Shown one piece after another: positions 29,219-39,877 of a stretch of 52,719 nucleotides of DNA; the first letter of the stretch is position 1, and each line of letters begins with the position of its first letter. A model generated the notes under the pieces. That model made no database searches. It was not told where the DNA came from and saw only the letters and a program-made list of their open reading frames with translations. Both the position numbers and the translations under genes were made by a program. This DNA comes from Trichomonas gallinae. Its lineage: Eukaryota. Location of the stretch: NCBI GenBank assembly GCA_008369845.1, contig MRSU01005835.1, forward strand, positions 1 through 52,719. Reading direction: 5' to 3'.

Positions 29219-30898
29219 ATGAGTTCCACGATTCGCGCGTCTATCATCACATTATCGTTTTTAAACCCACAGACAAACCAATACCAGCAGATGGGTCAGC
29301 TCCCTATCGTTATCATGCGCATTCAAGGCAAATTACAGATAATTTTATTCAAATCTAAAACTCAGGCTTTGTTTGGCATCGATCCTAATGAACCTAACAA
29401 CTGGACAATCACGAACCAGGTTTATGCAACATATATCGATAAAAATAACAGAGTCTGGCTTTTCTTATTCAAAAATGCCGAAGAATGCCTTCTATTTTCG
29501 ATGGTTGCACTATACGGAAAGTTGAAATCAAGATATGGTGCTCCAGTAGTCCTTGTTAACGGCAATGGAGGCCAAATCATGCCAACACAAGATATCAAAG
29601 TCAATTCTAAAGTCTACAACCTCAAAGAACCAAATCTCGATAATCCAACAATACAAGATGACGTCTCGATTTATCCAACAGATACAACACCGCTGCAGAA
29701 TTTGTTTAATGGCGGAGTTTACGGAGCAACGCACTTAGTCTTCTACGAGGACGAAATTCTTGCCATTGCCACAGTACGTGATCCAAACGGCGGAAGTGCA
29801 GCCCCACAGGAACAACCGGCTCAGCAATCTTTGCCACAGACGCAAACATCAGCTCCGGCCGAGACACCGAAACAGGAAGAGAAGAAAGTCGAAGAAAGCA
29901 AGCCAGCTCCTGTAGAAGAGCCAAAGAAAACTGAAGAATCGAAGAAAAACGAGGAACCAAAGAAAATCGAAGAACAAAAGAAGCCAGAAGAGCCTAAGAA
30001 GGTTGATGAGCTAAAGAGAATCGAAGAAAAGCCAAAATCATTCGAAGAAAGAAAATATGAAAATAAAATCGAAAATAAGCCAGAACAAAAGAAAGACAAA
30101 GCAGTTTTCGATGCTCAACTTGAGCAGATTCGCACTGAAATGTACAACAAATTCAACGAATTAAGCCAAATGGTTACATCAATCAAACGCCAGCAACAAT
30201 CGCGTGCAGCCACTCCACAGTCATCAGACATACTCGTTGCCTCTGTTGAGCGCCTCATCCGTGAGAACGAGCTCAAAGACAGGCTCATTTCCGAGAAACA
30301 ACAATTAATCGAAATGTTGAACGCAAAGAAGAACAATACTCAAGAAAGAGATGAATTACGCAAGCAGCTGGCTGATTTAACTGCAAAAGTGTCTGCAACT
30401 AAAGAAGCGACAAGAAAGAAACAGGAAGAAAAGAAAGAATTAGAATCTCGCATAGAATCTCTCCAAAAGAAGGTTGCAGCTGCTAAGAGCGACTCTGAGT
30501 CCAAGTTAGCATCCATTCGCCGCGATTTAGAAGCAGAACGCCAGAAAACGATGGCAGATTTGGAACAATCGAAGCAGCAGCTTCAATGGTCAGTTAATAA
30601 AGCTGATGAGGAAGTCAAGGAGCTGAAGAAGAAACTCGCGGAAGCTGAAGCTCTTAATAAAGAATTGAAATCTAAAAGCGGTGTCGATTCTGCAAAAGAG
30701 CTTGAAAAGCTTAAAGCTGCAGCTGACAACCTTCTTATCAATACTGTTAAGAAGCTTGTTGCTGGAGTTTTCCAGAATTGCCAAAAATTATTCTCGACTT
30801 CCAACGAATTTGATGGTGCACAAGTCATTAAAGGAGTCCGTGCAGCTCTGCAGGCGCAGGCAGAAGAGATATTATCTGAACTCGAACCAGATGATTAA
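29219..30898 (+). CDS. FKBP15/WAFL-like protein: WH1/PH-like domain, degenerate FKBP-like domain, EEPKK repeats, coiled coil
   Basis: TNQYQQMGQL..IILFKSKTQ..YATYIDKNNRVWLFLFKNAEECLLF, VERLIRENELK..ISEKQQLIE and VKKLVAGVFQ..FDGAQVIKGV parallel the conserved blocks of animal FKBP15 as recalled. Start moved to ATG 29219. Confidence 0.75.
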   Translation: MSSTIRASIITLSFLNPQTNQYQQMGQLPIVIMRIQGKLQIILFKSKTQALFGIDPNEPNNWTITNQVYATYIDKNNRVWLFLFKNAEECLLFSMVALYGKLKSRYGAPVVLVNGNGGQIMPTQDIKVNSKVYNLKEPNLDNPTIQDDVSIYPTDTTPLQNLFNGGVYGATHLVFYEDEILAIATVRDPNGGSAAPQEQPAQQSLPQTQTSAPAETPKQEEKKVEESKPAPVEEPKKTEESKKNEEPKKIEEQKKPEEPKKVDELKRIEEKPKSFEERKYENKIENKPEQKKDKAVFDAQLEQIRTEMYNKFNELSQMVTSIKRQQQSRAATPQSSDILVASVERLIRENELKDRLISEKQQLIEMLNAKKNNTQERDELRKQLADLTAKVSATKEATRKKQEEKKELESRIESLQKKVAAAKSDSESKLASIRRDLEAERQKTMADLEQSKQQLQWSVNKADEEVKELKKKLAEAEALNKELKSKSGVDSAKELEKLKAAADNLLINTVKKLVAGVFQNCQKLFSTSNEFDGAQVIKGVRAALQAQAEEILSELEPDD

Positions 30899-31679
30899 GA
30901 TAATTCAATTTTGTCATATGTTTAGTTTTGATAAATGATTAAAATTCGTCTATTACTGTTAACATATATAGCAATATTGTTGTATTTGATCGATTTAGGT
31001 ATCAGATTATCGCTTTTTCACGAAATAAAATATTTATATCTAACTTTTCAAACGATTATGTGTGAATTTTTCGATGTAACTAGTTTTATTTTTAATATTG
31101 AATACATACCCTCGTATTGAAATCATTAAAATATTAAGAAAAACACCATTTTCGAGAAAAATCAATAAAAAAATTTTATTATCAAGAAAATCAAATGAAA
31201 TCGTTGTTATACTGTTGTTATAAATGATACAATTTACATGTAGTATTTTATAAAACTAGTTTCATTAGAATATATATAGTGAGCTAAAAACAATAAGCAA
31301 GAAATCTCAAATATCCTCCAATTATCATTGAAATCAGCAAATAATTTCGTGATAATAATACTATCTATACATGCTAAGATCTATATTCATTATCAATTTT
31401 AAATATAAGAGAAAATATCAAATTATCGACAAAAATATCGAATTTTAATCAAGATTTTAAAAGCAAAAATGATTTTTATAACCATATCTATATGAGTTTA
31501 TATATAAAACGACAAAATTCCAAAATCCAAAATTAAAATAAACGAAAACATCAAATGTTTTGCAGTTTTCACTCAAAAATATGCAGTAAAAAGACTTAAA
31601 ACACGTAAAAAACATATAAAAAGGAAGAAGTGATTTTATAAATAGCCGGGAAAAAAAAAATCATTTTTTCGTAAATAAA

Positions 31680-33287
31680 ATGTCTTTAGCCTTCGATGAA
31701 CGCGGAAATCCATTTATTGTCATCCGTGACCAGGGAACAAAGGAGAGACTGAAAGGAATTGAAGCTCTCCGCGCTAATATTCAAGCGGCCACTGCTGTTA
31801 CTTCAGTTTTGAAGACTTCTTTGGGCCCACGCGGTTTGGACAAGATGATTGTTTCACCACATGGCCAAATCAATGTCACAAATGATGGCGCAACGATTAT
31901 GGACGATATGCAAGTCGAGCACCAAGTCGCAAAGCTTTTAGTCGACCTTTCTAAGTCCATGGATAACGAAATCGGCGATGGCACAACATCTGTCGTCGTT
32001 CTTACAGGCTGTTTATTAGAATCAGCAATTGGCTTATTAGATCGCGGTCTTCACCCATTACGCATCGCAGAAGGCTTCGACCGCGCCTGTGCAGTCGCTG
32101 TTAAGCGTATCGAAGAAATTGCAGAAACATTAGATTTCACACCAGAAAATCACCACAATCTCGACGAAGTCTGCGCAACAACACTCAACTCCAAGATTGT
32201 CAACCGCTACCGCGATGAGCTCGCCAAGATGGCTGTTGAAGCCGTTCTTCGCGTTGCTGACCTTGAGCGTAAAGATGTGAACTTAGAACGCATCAAGACA
32301 GTGTGCAAAGTCGGTGGCCGCCTCGAAGACACACAGCTCTTGAACGGTTTAGTTATTGACAAGACTTGGTCTCATTCTCAGATGCCAAGGACAGTTGAGA
32401 ACGCCAAAGTTGCTGTTCTCACCTGTCCATTCGAGCCACCGAAGCCAAAGACAAAATACGGCGTCACAATCAAATCCGCCGAAGAATACGAAGAATTACA
32501 CAAGGCCGAGCAGCAGTACTTCCTCGACCAGATCGCTAAGCTCAAGGAAGCTGGCGCTGAGGCAGTTATGTGCCAGTGGGGCTTCGATGATGAGGCAAAT
32601 CACCTCCTCTACCAGAACAACCTTCCTGCCGTTCGCTGGGTCCTCGGCGGCGATGTTGAGAAGCTTGCCATCACAACAGGCGCAAGAATCGTCCAGCGCT
32701 TCGAAGATATCACAAAGGAGAAGCTCGGAACAGCTAAAGTCTGCAAGGAGCTCAACTTCGGCACATCATGCCAGCACATGTTACTCATCGAGGGTGTCGC
32801 TGATGTCCCATGCGTCACATTCTTGATCCGCGGTGGCAACAAGATGATGCTCGACGAGGCAGACAGATCACTCCACGATGCTCTCTGCGTCGCACGCAAC
32901 CTTATCAGAGATAACAGGATCGTCTACGGTGGTGGCTCAAGCGAAATCGCTGCCGCCATCGCTGTCAGAAAATCAGCTGAGACAGACAACACAATCCACC
33001 AGTACGCCATGAAGGCCTTCGCTGACGCTCTCGAGGGCATCCCACAGGCTCTCGCTGGCAACTCCGGCCTTAATCCAATCGAGACTGTCGAAAATGTTAA
33101 GCGCCAGCAGCTCGAATCAGGCGTCACATCTCTCGGCATCGACTGCGTCTTCGCCGGAACAAACGACATGAAGAAGCAGAAGGTCGTTGAGACAATGCGC
33201 GGAAAGTGCTCTCAGTTCCGCCTCGCAACACAGATCGCGAAGATGGTTCTCAAGATAGACGATGTTATTGGCGATATTCCAATCTAA
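31680..33287 (+). CDS. CCT5: T-complex protein 1 subunit epsilon (CCT/TRiC chaperonin)
   Basis: LAFDERGNPFIVIRDQ, TSLGPRGLDKM, TNDGATI, GDGTTSVVV, LTCPFEPPKPKTK, CQWGFDDEANHLL are epsilon-specific. Strong C-ending codon bias. Confidence 0.97.
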   Translation: MSLAFDERGNPFIVIRDQGTKERLKGIEALRANIQAATAVTSVLKTSLGPRGLDKMIVSPHGQINVTNDGATIMDDMQVEHQVAKLLVDLSKSMDNEIGDGTTSVVVLTGCLLESAIGLLDRGLHPLRIAEGFDRACAVAVKRIEEIAETLDFTPENHHNLDEVCATTLNSKIVNRYRDELAKMAVEAVLRVADLERKDVNLERIKTVCKVGGRLEDTQLLNGLVIDKTWSHSQMPRTVENAKVAVLTCPFEPPKPKTKYGVTIKSAEEYEELHKAEQQYFLDQIAKLKEAGAEAVMCQWGFDDEANHLLYQNNLPAVRWVLGGDVEKLAITTGARIVQRFEDITKEKLGTAKVCKELNFGTSCQHMLLIEGVADVPCVTFLIRGGNKMMLDEADRSLHDALCVARNLIRDNRIVYGGGSSEIAAAIAVRKSAETDNTIHQYAMKAFADALEGIPQALAGNSGLNPIETVENVKRQQLESGVTSLGIDCVFAGTNDMKKQKVVETMRGKCSQFRLATQIAKMVLKIDDVIGDIPI

Positions 33288-33707
33288 AGAATAAAATTTT
33301 GGATATTATCTTATATACTTTGATAAAATGCGTTTCTCAATTGAGCTGATATAATAGTTTAAACACTATATTTTGAAATTGTTTGAAATCGAAATTGATT
33401 TCGAAAATTAGATGATTAATTCACAATAATTAATTCGTGATTTTATTCATCATTGTCAATATCTGCCTATATTCTATAATATTACTAGTAATTATACTGA
33501 TGATATCAAAATTATATCAGTTTGTAACGTCTAATGCTTCAGTGGATTTAAAGTTTAGGTGGTTTCTTAGCATGCTTTAACATAAGCATGTCATTTTTTT
33601 TAAAAATTAGTGCCTGATAAGACAACACCTCAATAAAAAGAGTAGAATGAAAACAAAGGATAGATATATATTTATTCATTCTAATTTTAAAACAACAAAA
33701 TAACAAT

Positions 33708-34973
33708 TTATAGCCTTGTGCACGCCTTCTTGAGGAATGTATTCTGGAACAAAAGAATTAATAAAGATGCGACTTGGATAGAGCCACCAATGAAAACAGA
33801 TGCATAGTTTGTGATGATCTCTCTCTCCTTTTGCGTCGTGTTAGGAACTTCCATGATAACAGCGAAGACCGACATGTAGCTGATGGCTCCAAAGAAGCCA
33901 ATGACAAAGAGAGGAATTAACATGTAAATCGGAGGAATAAAAATCAAGAAAGTGTTGATGAACATGAACAAAAATAGACAGCCTGTGATTACTGTCGTTA
34001 TTTCTAGCTTTTTGATCAGGAACCACTTCTTGATTGATCTGCCAATCAAACCTCCGACCTGATAAGAGAGCGAGAAATAGCCGTAAATGAATGGCTCATC
34101 GATTTTCTGTTTCTTCGTCATAGAGCAGTCTGAGAGGCAGACTAAGCTGATGTACTGGAAGCAGAACATGGCAAGATTATTCAATATGAATCTCAGTGAT
34201 TTGTACCAGTTGGAGCATGAACAGAATGGAACTTTTTCTTCTTCTTCGATCACTTCCTCTCCTTTCTCGATATCTTTCAGCTCCGATTCGTCCAACTTCT
34301 TGGGCTTGGCAGATTCAGCGCCTTTCAGCATGGTCATGAAGATGAGGGGGTATATAATTCCAGCAGGCGACATGCAGATAAATGAAAGGAAGTAAGAAAC
34401 CTTAAATTTCTGACAAATCAGTGAATATCCAGCACCGCAGACGCCACTCAAGCCTGTTCCTACACCCCAAGCACCCAGCAAGGAGTTGTCATCGAGGGCA
34501 GCAAAGTATCCAAGCATGACGCCTTCGCCGAAATCAGATGAAACACCGACAAGTGAAATGAAAACAATTGCCACGTAAATATTTGGCGCTAAAGCTGTTC
34601 CTATCAATCCTACGAGCATGAAAGCCCCGTTGATGATTGACCTGATGTTGTATGATACATTCTTGCTAGTGAGAAAAGCATTTCCTAGTGTAGCGAAGAT
34701 TGATAAAATAACGACTCCCCAGGAAACGGCACCAATGTATCCATCCTTGTTGAAGTGCGTGCAAACAGCTTGTGCTTGCGCGTAAGCAATCCAATATGGT
34801 AAATTATTCAATAATCCAATTAATAACATTCCGATATAATTGATTACTTGTGTTCTCTTTGGTTTCGTTGACTGTTTGACTTCTATAAGCTCTTCGCTAT
34901 CGTTTTTCTCTTCTTTCTCCACTTGTTCCGTGGTTATTGGGTTGCCATATGCGTCAACTTCTGATTCAGCCAT
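33708..34973 (-). CDS. CLN3: CLN3/Btn1 (battenin) family multi-pass membrane protein
   Basis: IGLLNNLPY, SSDFGEGVML, WGVGTGLSGVCGAGY, YQVGGLIGRS, GFFGAISYMSVF, with about 11 hydrophobic segments. Confidence 0.82.
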   Translation of the reverse strand: MAESEVDAYGNPITTEQVEKEEKNDSEELIEVKQSTKPKRTQVINYIGMLLIGLLNNLPYWIAYAQAQAVCTHFNKDGYIGAVSWGVVILSIFATLGNAFLTSKNVSYNIRSIINGAFMLVGLIGTALAPNIYVAIVFISLVGVSSDFGEGVMLGYFAALDDNSLLGAWGVGTGLSGVCGAGYSLICQKFKVSYFLSFICMSPAGIIYPLIFMTMLKGAESAKPKKLDESELKDIEKGEEVIEEEEKVPFCSCSNWYKSLRFILNNLAMFCFQYISLVCLSDCSMTKKQKIDEPFIYGYFSLSYQVGGLIGRSIKKWFLIKKLEITTVITGCLFLFMFINTFLIFIPPIYMLIPLFVIGFFGAISYMSVFAVIMEVPNTTQKEREIITNYASVFIGGSIQVASLLILLFQNTFLKKACTRL

Positions 34974-35855
34974 ATTTTAATGAAAAAAAGTGCCAAAACC
35001 AAATTTTTTATTGAAATTCTTTCGGAAACAAAACCTTTGCCTCCTAAAATACCCGGATTTTTGTTCCTTTTCGATGGATAAATAAAACGATTAATTTTGG
35101 ATTTTGAACGACAAAGAATTTGAGATAAGCAATGTTTCGCATGCTCCTTGACTAGGTTTTAGTGATTATTCGTGAAGCGGTGCCCATTATAAACCAAATT
35201 AACCCAAATTTGGAGACATAAAGGATCAAATGTTTTTCATGGTATATTTATATACATAAACATGAATCTATTCTATGGTTAAACTATGAAGGCTCATTTA
35301 TGATATATTGCTGTGTCATAAAATAATCATCGTCGAAAAACGAAACCTGAATGAAAATTTGATTTGTTTATTCACTAGCAATATGAATTTAGGATTTGCA
35401 AAAATTACATGCATTTTGACACGTAAACTTCTTAAAATATTTTACTCTTAAATTTTCCTGACACAGTTGATAGTTCATTCAGCATTAAACGCCATCTGTA
35501 CAACAAAGAATTCAACCATATTTTCACATTATTTTTGATTTTTAGATATTTTTTTTATTCAAGAGATTATTAGAAGTTAAGCTTGAGCATTTACAACTAT
35601 AACAATCAACACGTTTGTCTTTTTAATGTGTCATGGTATTTAACTAATATTATTTTTTCAAATTTTAATATGTTTTTAAAATTCATTCAATATCAATTAT
35701 ATCTGTTATCATAATCGTAAAACTCAGTTTATACTATGCGGAAATGTTTAATTTCAATAAAGATGAAAAATTTAATTTGATTTTATGATACAAACAAAAA
35801 TTTGTCCTGTAATATGCCAACATGTTGAATGTAGCTGTTATTTGATGATATTAAA

Positions 35856-36479
35856 TTATTTGGATTTTGGAGGTGGCTTTTCTGCTGGTTTTGGCGGTGG
35901 AGCCACGATGTCCAATACTTGTAATCGCAATTCGTTCTTAATGAACGGCCATTGCTCGATTAACGTTTCAACTTTAAATGGTTTGATAATCGTTGCAATT
36001 GTTTCTTTGTTTTCTTCTGATAAAGAATCAACAGAAAATCCCTCTGGAAGGTCTAGAGGATCTGTAAATGAAACTGTAGCTGGTGCATCTTTCAAATGAT
36101 CAGCAAGCTCTTTTGCGCCTTTCTTAACTGTTGCAAACCATTCTTCTTCGATGCAGGAGCATTTTTCTGCTTTCCAATGATCAGCTTTGGCCATGATGTC
36201 GTTTGCAATTAAACCGAACATACTTGTTTCTCCGTTAAACAGTTTTGCGTTCTTGCAAATGAGAGCAATGTCACTATAGAATGAATCTATTGAATCGTAC
36301 TGATTTGCTTTCAGTTTCTTCTTCATCGTTCCGAAGTCCATTGGCTCTTTCACGATATTAAGATAGTTTGGGCATTGATCCTTGACCGGATCAACTGGTG
36401 CACGAAGAAGCTTCGTCATTGGAGCATCAAAGTACTCATTCAGAAGCTTCTGGCAGTAATTATAGTCATACGCATTCAT
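35856..36479 (-). CDS. Bromodomain-containing protein
   Basis: APVDPVKDQCPNYLNIVKEPMDFGTMKKKL...Y...DIALICKNAKLFN, with the acetyl-lysine-binding Asn retained. Confidence 0.93.
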   Translation of the reverse strand: MNAYDYNYCQKLLNEYFDAPMTKLLRAPVDPVKDQCPNYLNIVKEPMDFGTMKKKLKANQYDSIDSFYSDIALICKNAKLFNGETSMFGLIANDIMAKADHWKAEKCSCIEEEWFATVKKGAKELADHLKDAPATVSFTDPLDLPEGFSVDSLSEENKETIATIIKPFKVETLIEQWPFIKNELRLQVLDIVAPPPKPAEKPPPKSK

Positions 36480-36937
36480 TTTGTCACTTTTACAACACTT
36501 TTCATATCATCTTCTTATTTGACACGTAAAATATTTTTTTGACAAATGATTTTTACTTGGCAAAAACATTTCTTCAATGAATTCTACCATAAATTACCAA
36601 TATTATCATTCATATTCCTAATATTATCTTCTTTTATTATATACTTTATAATTTTATCCTGCCTTGGGTTGTTCTTCTCTATAACATATTCAAATATAAT
36701 TCCAATTTCTTTTTGCAGCCTATTTATTTAAAAAATTCTAATTTGATCCTTTCTATTAGGATTTGCTGTGATATATTAACAAACTCTTAAGCAATTTTGT
36801 CTTTATGATGAAAAAATCAAATTTTTGTAATTGTATTGTAGTGAATGGAACTAGAAATAATTCTATTTAGTGAATTTCTAATGATGTTTTTATTCTAAAT
36901 TTGTACTTTTTCCACCTTTTGAGAGAGAGAGTTGGTT

Positions 36938-38176
36938 TTACTTGTGGAGTGGAACAAGTGGGACAGCGACGGCGTACTTCTTCTCCTCTGGGACGTTGAT
37001 GTTATCCTGCTCCTTCATCATGAGACCGAGGATAACCTTTCCGTCTTCGAGCTTGGCATCCTCAGAGTCAACATAGGAGACAGACTCAGCGAAGAGCTTA
37101 GCGTAGGAAGCGTTAGAAGCTTCTTCGATCTTCTTCTCGCGTGCGTCGAGGATTTCAGCGAGCTTAGCCTCAAGGTCAGCCTCAGCGACGACTACTTCGG
37201 AGTCTTCTGTGAGGACCTTGATGCCGTTGTCAGCCTTGACGAGGGCGAAAACGAGGCCTTGTTCAACCTGAAGGGCAAATCTCTCCTTTGTGAACTCCTT
37301 ATTGACGATGTCGACGCGGATGTTCTTGAGTGTGACTGGGCAGTTGTAGGCGACGCCGTGTGCGCGCATGATGTTCTTTGGAAGGATGACCTTGTCGTTT
37401 GTTGAGTGGGCGACGACTGTTGCGGCGAAAGCGCGTGAGCCGATGTTGATGTTGAAGACATATGGGCTAGCGAACTTGCCGTCTGGGCCTAAGACCTTGA
37501 AGTCGAGTGCTTCTGAGAGGGCCTGGTAGAAGAGGCGGACTGTGGCGATCTCGAGAACTTGGCCATTCGGGAAGACAGCGAAAACAACGATAGAGTGGTG
37601 TCTGCGGACAGAGAATGTGTTGAGCTTGCAGTCCTCGCGAATGATCTTGTAGAGGATGTCGAGATCACGCTTGACTTCGGCCAAGTATTCTTGCTCTGTG
37701 AAGACAATGCCGATGACATCCTTAGCTGGCTGCTCGATGTCTGTTACGAGGGCGTAGCTGTTTCCCTCTGTGCGGTTGTTGTAACGGAAGCCACCGGAGA
37801 TGCGGCGGATTGGGAGGTTTCTGTATGATCTTGCGTTGTTCATTTCGATCTGTGGGAGGATGAGGTCTGGGCGTGTAGCCATGAAGTATGGGTCATCAAG
37901 CTTGTGAAGACCTGTGTGTGTGATCTTGAGAACGTTTTCAACAGCGCTGCCTTGAAGATTTTCTGGGACCTTCGAGAAGATTTGATTTGTAGAAACTGAT
38001 GGGACCATTTCCTCGTCATAGCCGATTTCCTTGAGTTGGTTGGTGTAGTTATCGATGATAGCGTGGATACCATACCAGCCATTCGGGAGCTGAACGCAAA
38101 GTCCATCAACTGGGTAGGCTTCATCGACGAGGCCTTTGTTGAACAGGTTCTTGTATGTTTCAGTGTACGAGCTCAT
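36938..38176 (-). CDS. Degenerate archaeal/eukaryote-type prolyl-tRNA synthetase paralog
   Basis: YPVDGLCV..P.G, KITHTGLHKLDDPYFMATRP, RSYRNLPIR, FPNGQVLE, HSTNDKVILP are colinear with ProRS, but motifs 2 and 3 are eroded. Very strong high-expression codon bias. Confidence 0.8.
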   Translation of the reverse strand: MSSYTETYKNLFNKGLVDEAYPVDGLCVQLPNGWYGIHAIIDNYTNQLKEIGYDEEMVPSVSTNQIFSKVPENLQGSAVENVLKITHTGLHKLDDPYFMATRPDLILPQIEMNNARSYRNLPIRRISGGFRYNNRTEGNSYALVTDIEQPAKDVIGIVFTEQEYLAEVKRDLDILYKIIREDCKLNTFSVRRHHSIVVFAVFPNGQVLEIATVRLFYQALSEALDFKVLGPDGKFASPYVFNINIGSRAFAATVVAHSTNDKVILPKNIMRAHGVAYNCPVTLKNIRVDIVNKEFTKERFALQVEQGLVFALVKADNGIKVLTEDSEVVVAEADLEAKLAEILDAREKKIEEASNASYAKLFAESVSYVDSEDAKLEDGKVILGLMMKEQDNINVPEEKKYAVAVPLVPLHK

Positions 38177-38710
38177 ATTAATTACTTTCGACTGAATGAA
38201 AGAACTTTTTTTTTCGTATCGTTACGTGGCCGAATATTCACAGAAAAAATAATCGTTCTTCGCTTGGCCAAGGAGCTTAAATTTAGCTCATTTTTAGTGT
38301 TTTAAAGCTATTTTCGTTTAAAATCAGTGAAAAATTCGTGAACACTCGAAAAAATCTAAATTTTTCGTGTATCGAATGGATAATTCACTGTTTTATGGAT
38401 AATTTATACATAAAAGCATGCAATGTATACCATATTAGAACTTGAAACCATGATAATGTATTTTTTTGATTTCAACAAAATTAATTTTGTATTTTGACAA
38501 AATATCAAAACACATGTAATCAGAAACAAACAGAAAATCCAATATTGTTTACATTAGACTTATTGCATATTTATTGGAAAAATTTGTTAATAAATACACA
38601 ATTTTATATACATATACAATAATATAGAAAAGATGTAATTACAAACTATTCCAGAAATCAAGTCTAATAATGAATAAGGCTTGCTGCTATCTTTGTCAAA
38701 AGATTTATAT

Positions 38711-39500
38711 TTAGAGTTCTTCTATTACAAGATTATCTTCTTCCCTCATAACAGAACACCACCAGTCTTTCATCTTTACATAAAAACATCCATTGTAACG
38801 CTTGATAGATTGCAAACAGAATAAGAAAAATATTTTTCCTAGAATTTGTAGACCTGTTGGTTTGCGTTTTTCTTTAACTTCAATAACGAGTTCTTCCAAC
38901 TTTTAAATAGCTTCAACATTATGATATAATACGGCATAATATAAAGGAGTTTTGTAATTTACGTCTATTACATCGATATGTGCTCCTAGTAAGACCAATT
39001 TCGTGATGGATTATGTGATTTGGTCTTACTGCTTCAAACAATGGAGTTCTCCCAAAATTATCTTTAGTTTCAATATTAGCACCAAGTTCGATCAACTTTG
39101 CGATAGATTCAATTTTATTGTTGAATACAGCTATATGTAATGGCGTTTCACCATCTTCATTTTTTGCCTCGACATTTGCACCAAGTTCAACCAATTTTGC
39201 AAATGTCTGAATTTTTTAGTTGGAAACAGCTTAATGTAATGATGTTTCACCATCCGCATCTTTTGCTTTAAGGATTGCGCCCAGTTCGATCAACTTTGTG
39301 ATAATATCAATTTGAATATTGGATACAGCAATAAGCAATGGAGTTATTCCACATATATCTTTTGCCTCGATATTTACACCAAGTTCAATCAACTTTAAGA
39401 TGTTTTCAATATTATTAGTGGAAACGGCTTTAAGTAATGGGGTTTCACCATCTGTATTTTTTGCTTCAATGTTTCACCAAGTTCAATCAATTTTGCTATT
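38711..39500 (-). pseudogene. Ankyrin-repeat pseudogene (99-bp repeats), 5'-truncated
   Basis: Reads KLIELG(frameshift)NIEAKNTDGETPLLKAVS..ELGVNIEAKDICGITPL..DGETSLH*AVSN*K..ELGANVEAKNEDGETPLH. Further frameshift and stop near 39000-38900. Ends approximate. Confidence 0.88.
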
Positions 39501-39877
39501 GTTTCGATGTTTACGCTAAGTTCAAACCTCCTTGTGTTAGAGTCGAAACATTTGAGACTTTACAAAATTTACAAAGGAGTTTGAATTAACATTTGACATT
39601 TTACAAAATATTATCATTGATGAAACAAAACATATTAATATACAATCTGATAGCACATGCATGACTACATCTTTATGATTGTCATCTTATATGCAGTAGT
39701 TTCTGACGTTTATAGTTGAAAAATATAAATGTTTGACAAAATCCATCATCTAGTGACCTGTAAAATTACTTTAAGCAATGATATATAGCATCTTGACGTT
39801 TCTGTAACTTATTTTGATGAATAGCTTCTCACACTTAATAGGATTCTAAATAAATGAGAGAAATGTTCAACAAAAAG

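Noticed and set aside
36932..38305. Long antisense and alternate-frame ORFs over the ProRS-like gene (also over CCT5 and CFAP210, e.g. 51022..52029)
   Set aside because: Shadow ORFs expected from strong codon bias or E/K/R-rich low-complexity sequence. No motifs or start contexts.
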